From: Entomortierella parvispora E1425
Lineage: Eukaryota > Fungi > Mortierellomycota
Assembly (NCBI GenBank): GCA_020891255.1
Contig: BQFW01000014.1
Span: 1,798,001 to 1,862,000 of the forward strand
Length of the DNA stretch: 64,000 nt
Direction of reading: 5' to 3'
Shown: piece after piece, positions 13,871 to 26,351 of the stretch
Layout: the number at the start of each line of letters is the position of its first letter
Position numbering within the stretch: position 1 is the first letter of the stretch
Translations under genes and position numbers: made by a program
Notes under the pieces: generated by a model
Seen by the model: the letters and a program-made list of their open reading frames with translations, nothing else
Told to the model about the DNA's origin: nothing
Databases searched by the model: none

Positions 13871-14997
13871 TGATGACTGTCGTGATGAATGTTTGTTGCT
13901 TTGTTGAAGAGTAGTGCAGTGCGCCGGAAAGAATGAGCCGAGTTGAATCGACTGGCGGACACAGGCACAGAGAAAGCGAGGTGAATGAGAAAAGGATGGA
14001 CTAGCACACGGGACAGAGAGGCGCTGTTCCTTGACTGGGTCTCCTTGCACGCGTGTTGTCCTGTGGATGTCCAGGTGTAGTCTTGCTACCTTGATGCAAT
14101 AGGACAAGCGAAGGGTGGAGAGGTGAAGAGAATGAGATTCCCCATGTAGACCACATAGACCGAACACAAAGGAGGTGTGCAGTCAGTCAGTCACAGTGTG
14201 CATTCATTCTCGTGTGTGTTCCAAAAAGGAAAGTGTTCATTTTCACACTCTTTTTTTTCCCGCCTTTCTTTTCGTCTCTCTTCCTTGTGTCTGTTTGCTT
14301 GTTTGTAGACTATTCATCAATGAAAGGATGCAGGAGGGCCTATAGTGGTCTACAGAAGATCTTAGGCGCGTCCTGTTGTCTGCCTAGTTCGCAGGAAGGA
14401 TCTATTTATTCGTCGATCCAGCCCTTACTGACACCCGCTGGCCATGCTTCCCCGCCTACCTCCGTGAGTGGTGTTTCTCCCGCACCACTTTTGACAATAC
14501 GATCCGATAGCGATCGCCCCGCCACTCCACGACACTGGTGCGCACGTTGCTCCTCTCCATGCGACCATTGCCACCGTTTGCCCCCGTCTATTCACTCTGC
14601 CGCTGACTAGATCTCAATTCAGCATCAAAAGACTCTTCTATTTTGTCTCTCACGCACCAACGTGTTCCATCCTCACCATCGACGTGCAATCTCGTACCCA
14701 TTCAATCCCTGGTATGCAAAACATCGCTCGGGAATCAGTTCTCTCGGAGAAAAGCCCTTTCACCCCTGGCGCGCTATAGAACCGTGGGATCTTCACCTAC
14801 CCCACACGAGATATTTCTCTTCCCCAACACCCATCTGACCTTTGTATAAAAGCTAGCCTCCCATTGCCCTCTCTTGGTTGTTCTTCACCCCGGTCCAGCC
14901 ATTCTCTTGCCCTCTACTCATCTCTCAAATAGAGATCTTCCCCACCTCTCCCTTCCTTTCCTCCTTCCTTCCTTCCATTTCATAATCATTCTTCAAA

Positions 14998-17212
14998 ATG
15001 GTCAAGGTTCTCTCTTTCGCTCTTCTTTCCATCGCAACTGCCATCTCTGCAGTGTCTGCTCAATTGGACAAGCCCGGCCAGTTCACTCGCCTCGGTGCTT
15101 GCCCTGATCTTGGATGCATCCTTCCTCCCAACAGGTAGAGTAACTGGCAGCTCTACAGCAATCGCATGTACACATCTTGAGGGTCGACTTCTGTGACTAA
15201 ACTATTTCCTTTTCATACCTGTACCCTATTAGTGCTACCTTCTTGGCCGGCTCCAAGTTTGATATCCGTGTTGAGGTTCATGGCGAAGACCAGATCCAAC
15301 CCGACACTGACTTTAAGCTGACTATCCAAGAGTTGAGCCCCGCCGGCAAAGACAACGAGACCAGCAAGCCAGTGGAGGTTTCAAAGTTCTTCAAGGTCAA
15401 GCCTGACAAGCCGCAAGGCTGGAACTTTACCTACTTCAAGGACGCGTCTCAATACTGGAAGGCCGAGAATGGCGATGCCGACGCTGCCACAGCCGTGAAC
15501 GTTGCTGCTGCTGCTTGGCGTGATGTCCAGATCCAGAAACCTGGTACCTACAAGGCTCTTTTGTCTTATGAGGACAAGGCCACTGGAGCCAAGAAGACCT
15601 CCGAGTCCATCTGGACTGTCAACCCCGTTGCCAAAAAGCGCAAGGCCAAGAATGTCATCTTGTTCATTGGCGATGGTATGACCACCGCCATGATTACTGC
15701 TGCTCGCTTGATCTCCAAGCCCCATATCAGTGGCATGTACCAAAAGAAGATGCACATGGACCAGTTCCCTGTCTTGGGGCATGTTATGACCCACTCTGTT
15801 GATTCCCTCATCACCGACTCTGCCAACTCTGCCTCTGCCTACAACACTGGCCACAAGTCCTCGTCCGGTGCTCTCGGTGTCTATGGTGATTCTTCCCCAA
15901 GTCCCTTTGACGACCCCAAGCAAGAGTTGCTCGCTCAGCTTTTGAGAAGACGCTCCAAGAAGAACGGTGGATCCGGAGGTGTCGGTATCGTCACCACTGC
16001 CGAGGTTCAGGACGCTACCCCTGCCGCCGTCTTTGCTCACACTCGCCAGCGTGGCGAGAAGGCCGCTATTGTTGACCAGATGATTCACGGTGACGCCCCT
16101 GTGGTGGCCGATGTCATTCTCGGTGGTGGCGGCAATTACTTCCACAGCAAGAATGGTGGCAAGTCCTTGAACGGCACTGATTACTACCAGGTCTATGCAT
16201 TCGAGAAGGGTTACAAGACTGTCCATGACCGTGATGCTCTCTTGGGCTACACTGGCAAGGACCCTCTTCTCGGAATCTTCCATGCCGGTAACCTCGATGT
16301 TTGGATGGATCGCAACGTCTACAAGGACAACTTGAACCAGAACGGAGCCGATCCCCTCGGTAACGGTGGTCCCGCTCTCAACCAGCCCAACTTGGACGAG
16401 ATGGTCATCAAGGGACTTGAGGTCTTGGACAAGCGTCACCGTAAGGAGGGTTGGTTTATGATGGCTGAGGGTGCCTCTGTCGACAAGATGATGCATCCCT
16501 TGGACTATGACCGCGCCTTGGCCGATCTTTTGGAGCTTGACAATACCATTGGCAAGACCAAGGAATGGCTCAAGCGCAACAAGCTCGATGAGGATACTTT
16601 GATCCTCACCACCGCCGACCATGGACATTCTTTCGATGTCTATGGTTCTGTTGATACCCAGTACTTCAACTCCTTTGCTGATGGTCAGGATGTTGAGAAG
16701 AAGAACTCGATCGGTAAGAAAACAACAACAACAACATGAGAAAAGCTAAACATGGTCCTTCCAAATGACAGTTTAGACGCTGACCTCTTTCCTCTTTTCT
16801 TTTCGAAACAGGTACTTACGAGAAGTCTGGGTGGCCCTCGTACGTCGATGCTGATGGCGATGGTTTCCCCGATGACTGGAACGTCCGTTATACCTTGGCC
16901 GCTGGAACTGCTGCCTTCCCTACCCACCGCGAGGACTTCCAGGTCAACGTCAAGGGACAGCGCGTCCCTGCCGTTGCCAACGGTGAATCTCACCATCATT
17001 ACACCGAGTATATTGCCAACCCTGATGATGCTGTTCACGGTATCACTAAGGTCGGCACCATGTCTGTTTCTGAGCCCGTTGGTGTCCACTCGCTCCAGGA
17101 TGTCCCTATCTTTGCCTCCGGACCTGGCTCTGAGCTCTTTGCCGGTATCATGGACAACACCGAGGTCTTCCACAAGATTGCCGAGGTCTTGGGATTGGGC
17201 GAGCAGAAGTAG
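14998..17212 (+). CDS. Secreted alkaline phosphatase (PhoA superfamily), 3 exons
   Basis: Signal peptide MVKVLSFALLSIATAISAVSA. Motifs NVILFIGDGM, TDSA (catalytic Ser), DATPA, EGASVDKMMH, TADHGH and VHSLQDV. TATA-like TATAAAAG at ~14845. Exons ~14998-15135, 15232-16713, 16812-17212. Confidence 0.92.
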
Positions 17213-17423
17213 AGACGACAGTAGTGTTTCCTTCTTACATATAGCACATATTACATAGCACATAGCGCACAGCATGGGGCATCCAATGAATCGTCGCAAG
17301 ACACGCGATCTCGCCGCATAGTGACTGCGCTCCTGGTTGCCACCAAAAACGCGGGATTATTTTTTCACACTTTTTTCTCTGCATGCATGCATCAGTTCCA
17401 CTCCACATTACATTCGGCTACTT

Positions 17424-19432
17424 ATGTCGCTCTCGCCCGAATCCATCCAGCGCATCCTGCGCTACCTAGACCCATCTCTGCGCACTCTCGAGACCGGATT
17501 CCCCACCTCCACTCGGCCCAATGAGCCCGCCCTCACCCAGGAGCAGAAACGGCTGAAAATCGAAAACACCCTCCGAACTGACCCCGGCATCTTTTTAACA
17601 AAGTGGGGCTCTGTCATTCTCTATCCTCGGCCACAGCAAAGTCCAGTCAATGCGCCTTCAACCCTTGACCTCAGTGGACTGAGTCTTTCAGAAAACTTGC
17701 ACACTGCTAAGGAAATCTTGGACCTTTTTGTCCCTCTTTCCAGTAAGTATGCTTGTTATTTTTGATGCCCTTGCAAGGTCAAGCTAAGCTGCAAGCCTCA
17801 TCATTCGATCAACCCTTTATTATAGAGAATTATGAGGTCAAGTATCAACTTACAAGACTTTACCAGCAACTTCAGCAAATATCGGAACACAGCAATTTTA
17901 AGGCACGTCGTCAACAGCAAGGCGGCCCATCCGCTGGGCCCAATGATCCAGAAAACTTGCATCTCCACCACTATGCTCCTACACCTTCGCTCTCGACCAA
18001 TACTTCCATGGACGTTGATTCTGCGGAAAATGACAGCAGCCGCCCTTCTACCTCTTTTTCTGCCAAGGATCACACCACAAAGTCAGGACAACCTATTCCA
18101 GAAGAACAACGACGACCCATCCCCGCGCAAAATGATCTATTTACGCGGTCGACCCTTTCTCTCAATACAAGGCGCAACCGGAGACTTAACTATCTTCTTC
18201 GTTATCTGGCGCCTCCAGACTCTGTCGAGTCTCCAGCTGGTTTAGCGGCAGCTTCCAGTTCGCAGGGGAGAAGATCATCGGGACCCAGTTCGCAGCAGCA
18301 GCCGCATCCGGTGTTGGCTTCCATCCTGTCCATTTCGGGTTCCATGTCCAATTTGAGCTTTTCAGAATCAACGTATTTTTCAGATGCAGAGATGGAGGCA
18401 AGGGCACCTGAGCTTTACCAGCAGTATATTGGACGATTTATGGACAACGACAACACAGACGATGAGTCGGACGAGGACGAGGACGAGGATGGAGACGCTA
18501 CAGGTGCAGAGGCAGATGATGAGCGCGAGGATAGTAGACGGCGCTCTAGCGCCAAACAGTATCCAGAACCATTTGCCAAGGATGTGGGACTAGTCGATCG
18601 AATTTTGTGGAATATCGATCACCCAACCAAGAGACAGCTAAAGTTGCAGAGACAAGAGGAGATGGACCGTCAAAACCAATACCAAGAAGGGGCAGGTGGT
18701 AGTGGCGACAGGCCATCTCATGTGGAACCCATCATTGCACAAAAGCCGGTCGAAATAGAGGACGAATTCGAAGAAGAGTTTGACACAGAGAGCGAAGGAG
18801 AGGATGAGGCGATGGGTGAGGACGACCGGCGCGGTCCTCTGCGAACTCTTCAGAACGACGACGAGATCTTGGTTGCAACGTCTGTGACACCCCCTCTTCC
18901 ACCCGATCCTACTCCCGGATTGTTGTCGTCCACCATGTCTTCGGCTGCGATGACGATGGAGCAGCCTGACGCCAGGGCTCGCTTTGCAGAAGTTGAGAAT
19001 GGCAATGGACTGAATTCTGAGGACGAGGAAGAGGACCAAGAAACGGAGAGGCGAAAGGAGGATCAAGAGGCGCTCCGACGGGACTTTGTATTGCTGATGA
19101 AGCAGCGCTTTTTGGACGGTCTCGATATCAATTTTGACTACTCTACCGTGGATTTCAACGAGAGCCTGGATGATTTGGAGCAGGAGGACCATGATACGGA
19201 GGATCGTTGGTTCGATGCAGATGAGGAGGACGAAGGAGACCGAGGGGATGAGGGTGGTGACTTGGACGAAGGAAGCAAGGACGAGAGCGGGTCGAAGCCA
19301 AGGCAGACTGGTTCTAGTAAGCCTGCAGCGTCGGCCACACGCTTAGCCGCTTCATTAGGTCTGAACTACGACGAGCGCGTGCGGGCATGGGAGAGCAGCG
19401 CACAAAATGGGCCTGGAGACTACGACTACTAG
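17424..19432 (+). CDS. CCDC97: CCDC97/DUF2052-domain protein, 2 exons
   Basis: LRTDPGIFLTKWG, RRNRRLNYL, FSDAEMEARAPELYQQYIG and MKQRFLDGLDINFDYSTVDFNESLDD...EDRWFD. One intron at ~17744-17825. Confidence 0.8.
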
Positions 19433-19860
19433 GTTGCTTCAAATAAAATATGGCGTTAAAAAAATAATGCACGTGACCACTTCACATGCATGCGAGCATG
19501 GAAAAGATGGGAAGAATTGAATGCGATGAATGAATTTGTCCTTTTTCTCGCAACAACGCGCTGCATTTCCCTTCCCTCATCTCCTTTATACCCCTTTGTT
19601 TCTTCTTCTGCCGACAGCTAGGCGGTGCGCTCTAGACAGTCATCCGTAGACAGGACCAGTCAGCGGGCTACTCTTTTTTATTCCCAGGCGATTCATTGAC
19701 AGTGACCGAGAGCCATCACCCTTCTCGTCCCTTGTCAACTTTGCCTTGAGTCGGTCTTTTTCTTCCGGACCTCATACTCTGAAGGATCTACCTCTCTGCG
19801 GGATTTTTTTCACTTGGATCGTAGGACAGGAGCCTCTATAGTAGCGTTACAGCATCGGAC

Positions 19861-22800
19861 ATGGAGTACCCTTTTCCAGGCACCCCCAAGACCCCTACCG
19901 ACGGCACAATCGATCCTGATTTTTCTCCAAATGAAACGCCTTCAGGAGAGTTGAGCCACCATGGAGTACCCCAGGATGAACACACTTCTCTCGCCAGCCT
20001 GTACACAGAGGCATACGCGTCGTCTGTTCAGGCCGTACAGGAAGACCGCAATGGCGATCACCACACTGCCCGATTATTGTACTGCGAAGTGTGCGAGGTA
20101 AGATCTAGATCCTATGGTGCATGGGATAGGCATTGGACCGTCTTCAACGTCTTTTCTATTTGGTGACTGACACGACTCAAGCGCTCCTTTTCTTTGTTGA
20201 ATGAATAGGTTTTTATCAAAATTTTGAAATGTATGAAGGATCTCTACTGGATTCGCTATTTGGACAAAATGAAGGATTGAAACAAGAGGTTGTCCAACTA
20301 ACAATGCACTTCTGCTCATGTATTTTCGAAATAGTACTCCCGCCAGGAGAAGAGTATGATCAGGTGGTGAGGAAATCAGAGCAGTATTCCAAACGAGCGG
20401 AGGCTATATGGGAAACAAGGAGCGAAAGTACTGCGCCTGCAAAGGATGTCAAAGAGTTGCCAGCATTCGAGCGATTGGCTCAAGAAGCTCAGGTATGGAT
20501 CAGGGGAAATGTATTATCTAGGTAGAATGTAAGTTCTGCGGTCTTGGAGGCCTTTGTGCTAATAGTCTCTATCCCTTGTTCTGTAGTTTGCCTTTGAGCA
20601 GGCTGTGGCTGAATACGAGAAGCAACACGAACAGGGCGCTTTGGATTTCTACACCGACTCTGCAGATCTGTTTTGGCAGGCATGGAAAGGTATGGTGGAT
20701 CTTCAACTGGGTGCCTTTTCACTATGGACAAATGACTGGTACCAAAATCATTCACCCCCTTTATTGGCTGTTACTTCTGATCATCGTAGCTGCACCTGAA
20801 GGATCGCTCAAGGAGTCTCTCAAACAACGACTTGCTGATGTGATGGCCCGAGCCGAGGATCTCAAAGGCGTTTCATTGAACCCAAGTTCACTCACTAGTA
20901 AGGCTGTGACATGCCGTTCTTTTGTTTCGCAGTGCACATGAATCTTCAGGCTAACCATCCTGAATTTTTTAACAGAGCCAAAATCCGGAGCAACCCCAGT
21001 TATTTCTGGACCTTCCAACCTCACCCCCAAAGAGCTTCAGGTGTTGAAGACGACCATGCTGATCAACAACAAAAAGTACCATCCCTGGAGCGATTCGGAT
21101 GTGAAGGATCTGCTGCGTGAAAAGGGACCTTTCACGGACCCAGATGGCATGCTGCCTCTTTCGGACAAACAGATATCAAAGTTCGGATCGTGGAAGAGAG
21201 TGTCCCAGATCATGGCGAATCCAAAAATGATTTGCTTGATTTCCAGCACAAGTATTGTACAGGACATTGTCACGGATTGCTCGTTTGTAGCGAGTCTATG
21301 TGTCAGCGCAAGCTATGAGCGTCGCTGGAAGAAACAGGTGAGGATCAGAACGGGCAGTCCTGAATGGATGCGATACGATTTAGCGGAATATGTCAACGAC
21401 TAACTTTGTTCTTCATCTCTAGCTTATTCGAGCCTGTATATACCCAAAGAACAAATTCGGCGAGCCCTGCTATAACCCTCACGGAAAATATCTTGTCAAG
21501 CTAACCTTTAATGGTATCGCCAGACGAGTCGGTAAGTTTTTTTTCCCAATCCCTCATTCCTCGGCAACAAAAAATACTGATTATATTTGACTAACGCTGT
21601 CTTTTGTTCGAATCGTAGTTGTCGATGACTATCTCCCAGTATCTAAATCAGGCACATTGATGTGCACATTTTCAACAAATAAGAATGAGCTCTGGCCAAG
21701 CATCATCGAAAAGGCGTACATGAAACTCATGGGAGGCTACGATTTCCCAGGATCAAACTCTGGAATTGACCTATAGTATGTCTTTTGGAGCTCTTTGAGG
21801 GCGCCTGTAGACTGTTGCAATGTGATCATCGGGCGATTGACTAATTCGCATTGCTTTTTCTGTTCTTGTTTAGTGCACTTACTGGATGGATTCCTGAACA
21901 TATATTTATCAAGGAAACCAATTTTGACAGCGAAAAGCAATGGAAGAGAATGATGAACGGACAGCGCAATGGTACTAGTTCCAAACGTGCATATCGAGGC
22001 TGCTGAAGATGGGATTTTGCCGAAGACAATCTAATGCACCATCCTTGAAACTCAATTTAGGTGTTGCTCTGGTAACGATTGCAACTGGACATATGACAGA
22101 TGACGAGGCAGACCGACTAGGACTTGTGCCAACACATGCCTATGCTGTTTTGGATCTCAAGGAAGTACAGGGACTGAGATTGCTTCAGGTCAAAAATCCC
22201 TGGAGTCACAAACGCTGGAAGGGTCCCTTTAGTCATCTGGATGCGCAGCACTGGACAGAGGAGTTGAAGGCTGAGCTGAACTTTGATCAGTTTGCAGCTC
22301 TCAAGAACGATGACGGCATCTTTTGGATCGACTATGAATCCGTCTGCTCAACGTTTGACACTATTCACATCAACTGGAACCTGGAAACATTGAACCATAG
22401 AGCAGTCATCCATGCGTAAGTTGTTTTTGCGAGATTAGAAGGATGCAGTTCATCGTTTGTGGTCTGAATTAACTCAACTGTGATGCAAACTTAGACCATG
22501 GCCATGCAACTACGGACCAAAACGTGACAATTACAACCTGGGATACAACCCACAGTTTACACTGACCACCAATGTCAAAGGATCGAAGCCATGCGGTATT
22601 TGGTTGTTACTCTCGAAGCATATTACAGTCACAGAGGAGAACCGAGACTTTATCACCGTACATGTGTTTGATGTTCAAAAGCAACCAAACCAATCTGCAG
22701 GGGCTTCTTTACTTTCGCCGACGACCCCGCTCTCCTCAGCATCGGCCACGACTCCAACCTTGACGCACACGTTGTCTAGCTTGACTAATGGATCATCACG

Positions 22801-24575
22801 AGGGTCCGTTTCTTCTAGCTCTTCGGCAGCGGTGGCGCGTCATCAGGGAACTCGGATATACTACGAGGGCAACTCGTTGATTAAAGGGATGTATGTGAAC
22901 AGTCCACACATTTTGGTCCGCTTCGAGGTACCACCAGGGCAAAACGAGTACACTATCGTGCTCTCTCAGCATGTCAAGACGAGGGATCTGCATTTCACTC
23001 TACGAGCATACGCAGTCTGTGAGTTTGAACTACGGGAAATTCCAAACCAGTATCCTATCGAGAGAAAGGTATGAGGCGTGGGTAGTGAGCTCTAATGATG
23101 TCAATGTGCCAAGCTAATAATATCGTTTTTTTTTGTGCTCTGCACTGTAGATCGAGGATAGCTGGACAGAAGAAACAGCAGGAGGCAGCAGTTACAATGC
23201 AGGATTTTTGAACAACCCCCAGTATCGGCTGGTCGTTCCTGTGTTGCCTGCGCCCCAAACAACAACTTCCGTCCTTTTCATGCTAGAGTCTCCCAAGGAC
23301 TTTGCTGCTCATGTTCAGTTGGTCAATTCACAAGGAAAACGCGTTTCCTGGTAAGTCAGAGCCAAATTGCGGCTGATGATGGAGTCTACAAAACCATATC
23401 CTAACGTTTTTCTACTTTTTGTTGTAGCGTATGGACCAAAGATATCATTGCTCAATCAGGAGAGTACCGCCATGGGTTCTGCTACTGCGAGACGAACGAC
23501 CTTCGACGTAAGCACCCAAGATAGCATCAGACTTTTGCTTTGTGCACAATAGCCTATGTACTGACTTTCATCCCTTTTTTACAATTCTATAGCTGGCCAG
23601 TACACCGTGGTTGTCTCCACATTCGAGCCGAACCAGATCGGAAAATACAAACTTACGCTCCAATCGCACATTGATCTGCCGCTGACTCCAATCCCTGTTG
23701 AAGGAGCAGTAAGTTACTTCGGTATCAAATGCTTGCTTTGGACACTTGACAGGTTTACTGACAATTTTTTTTGACTGGTATTCAATAGGGCATGTTTAAA
23801 AAGATATTGAAGGGCGAATGGGTACAGGGCGTCAGTGCTATGGGTTGGCATCATCACCAAAGTCTGAGCTATGCCAAGAACCCACACTTCTTGGTGCCTA
23901 TCACAGAGATGACAACCTTTATGTAAGTCTAATTTTCCAGTTGGGTAATGGTGTGGACCGAAGCATGTTGCGCCTATTAACTATACGATTTTCTTTGAAC
24001 ACAGGGTGCGACTTCAAACACCCGACATGAACCCCATGCCCAAAATCAATATCACCGTTTTTGAGCGTCTGGACGAAGGGGTGCTTGGACGAGAAGTAAG
24101 TTCCTCGGGACCATACACATCCGTGCCTCAAGGAGTAGCTACCGATTCGATGACCCTCCTTCCGAACCAGTACGGCTATTTGGTGGTAGTCTCAACACTA
24201 GAGCCTGGCATTGCAGGAAAGTTTGTGCTTTATGGCTACAGTGATCGAGTTCTGGAGATTGAAGCTGGAGGAGGTGCCACTACCAGCGTCAACACCTCGA
24301 ATTCCTACCACCGTCGCCACGGATCATCTTCCTCCCACTCTTCACATTCCTCTCCATCCATCCACGGCAATGTCAGTTCCGGAGGTAGCGGGTATTATTC
24401 TACCGATGGCAATGGTGGGGTAGACTCCTCTATGAGATCATTATCTCTTTCTGCAGCATCTTCATTATCTCCATCATCAGCAACATCCCCTACATTTTCA
24501 ACGCGACCCTCTGCCCGGTTCAGAAGGAACATGGGATCGGGCTCAGGTCCGGGGCCACTGTCCCCTGGATATTAG
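19861..24575 (+). CDS. palB: Calpain-7/PalB/Rim13-like cysteine protease (MIT + CysPc + calpain III domains), many exons
   Basis: Catalytic triad contexts [19 protein letters not shown] and VKNPW; [24 protein letters not shown]; NPQY/F repeats of calpain III domains; N-terminal MIT-like helices. Confidence 0.9.
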
Positions 24576-25597
24576 ATACGGTGTGACTAGCGCTCCAAAA
24601 AATAAAAATAAAAAAGCGTTCCGCATGGTCCACTGTCAGACACAAACCAACCCCGTCCTCTCTCCCCTGATATGTTTGTCCAGATGGGGACGAACGCTCG
24701 CTTTGTCTACATTGGCTGTGGTATTGAAACTGGGGGTACGTGTGATTGCGGCCCGTTTTTTTTTTTTAGGGAGAGAGAGCCGGCTGCTGTTGTTCGTATT
24801 ACACTCTGAGCAACAATTTATCTGTTCGTGTCACCCACCCTCGACAGGTTCAATTGTCGTGGTGGACCGTGCTCTCAAAGTTGGGTCGTCACGACAAAGA
24901 CAAAAAAGAACACAGGTCAGGTCCAGAATTCTTGATCCAATTATCGCTGCAGCAGAGACTACAGAGATGGCGCCGAATTTTTTTTAATTAGAATGTGAGG
25001 AGCACCCTCTATCCTTCCTCCATATACGGTTCCCGAGCACACTCCTGCAGGTAGATGATGAACGAATGCGCACAGCCGACTGCATACCTTGTTATCTCCC
25101 TCTCTCCCTCCCCGTCTCGTAGGCAAGCAATGAGGACTACAAAGGAGCAGTAAACTTGCTTTTCTCTGCCTTGACCCGAAGAACAGAACTAAAAATCATT
25201 CTACTGCTCCCGTCTGGGGATCCAGGCCTAAATTTACAAAACCAACAAACATCCCTTGGATGGGTGGCCGGGTCAGGAGGTGTTTGTCCGCTCCGCCTTA
25301 CAATGAAAAAGGGACATTGCAGGAACGCCCCGTTCTTCCATTTTACTTCCTCTCTTTTTCTTTGTCACTCTTTCTTTCTTTTTCTCCACTGCCTTTTTTT
25401 TTCACTCCTTTTGACCCACGCACTCTCAGTCCTCGATCGGGTCCTGACATCCCCTCCTCTCGATTCCTCAAAAAGACAACGGTCTGCCCCTGCAAACAAA
25501 CAATTCTACGCAGTAAACACACATACATATTCCCTTTCTTTTCCCTTCCTCTCTTCCTCTCTTCCTTCATAAAAACACACAAACACACAAATACACC

Positions 25598-25858
25598 ATG
25601 ACACGCATCCTCTCTTGGCGCTCATCCCAATCGCTCTTCTGTGTCTTCCTCGCCATCTTTGCCTTCGTCGCCTCGACAACCGTCCACGCCTCGCCCATCC
25701 CCGTCGCCGTAGCCGCCGTCCACGATCCCGCTCAGGAGAACGCCGCGTCGACTACTGACGTGGCACTGGAAAAACGTCGAGGGTTTGGATTCGGCGAAGA
25801 TGCGGGCGGTTACAGAAGTTCTGGTGGCTCAAGAGGTTCCCCGACAGGCAATGTGTAA
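25598..25858 (+). CDS. Small secreted protein / Kex2-processed peptide precursor (86 aa)
   Basis: AC-rich leader and accATG context; hydrophobic signal ending HA/SPIP; pro-region ending LEKR; Gly/Ser-rich C-terminal peptide. Confidence 0.6.
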   Translation: MTRILSWRSSQSLFCVFLAIFAFVASTTVHASPIPVAVAAVHDPAQENAASTTDVALEKRRGFGFGEDAGGYRSSGGSRGSPTGNV

Positions 25859-26351
25859 AAAAGACAAAAAAAAAAAAATGTGTTTTACGGTCGACTGCTC
25901 GGCTCTCCGACTCCCCTTCTTTTTCTTCTTTTCAACTCGTGGTCCGGGAAGACTCAAGGCCCAACCCAAGTTCCCCTTCATCGTTCTCTTGAGGACATCA
26001 CTCTTTTGACCAGCCCCTTTGGAAAGTAAACGCAGACAGGCGATGCCTGGACTGCCTCGGTTTAAACCCCCCTCCCACCCACCCATAGTTTTCCTTGCCA
26101 GCTCACTTTGAAATGAAAGAAAAAAGAATTGGAGTTTCTACTTTTGCAGGGGGTGCTCCGTTGAGTGACTAACAAAAAGCCTCCTTTTTTAAAAAAAAGA
26201 ACACACACAAAGAGAACAAAGCAGGATGAGGGAATGAATGAGAAAAGTGTTGTGGTATATTGTTCAAGGATGAGGAGAATTGTAAAAAAAGAGATGAATA
26301 TACAGGATGGTAGGAGGATGGGCTTTGAACGCCGCCTTGCCAGGAATTGGA

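Noticed and set aside
14200-14990. Pho4-type CACGTG/CACGTT sites upstream of the alkaline phosphatase
   Set aside because: I noticed only a single CACGTT (~14546), which is expected by chance.
15381-16628. 415-aa minus-strand ORF
   Set aside because: Antisense shadow of the codon-biased alkaline phosphatase exon.
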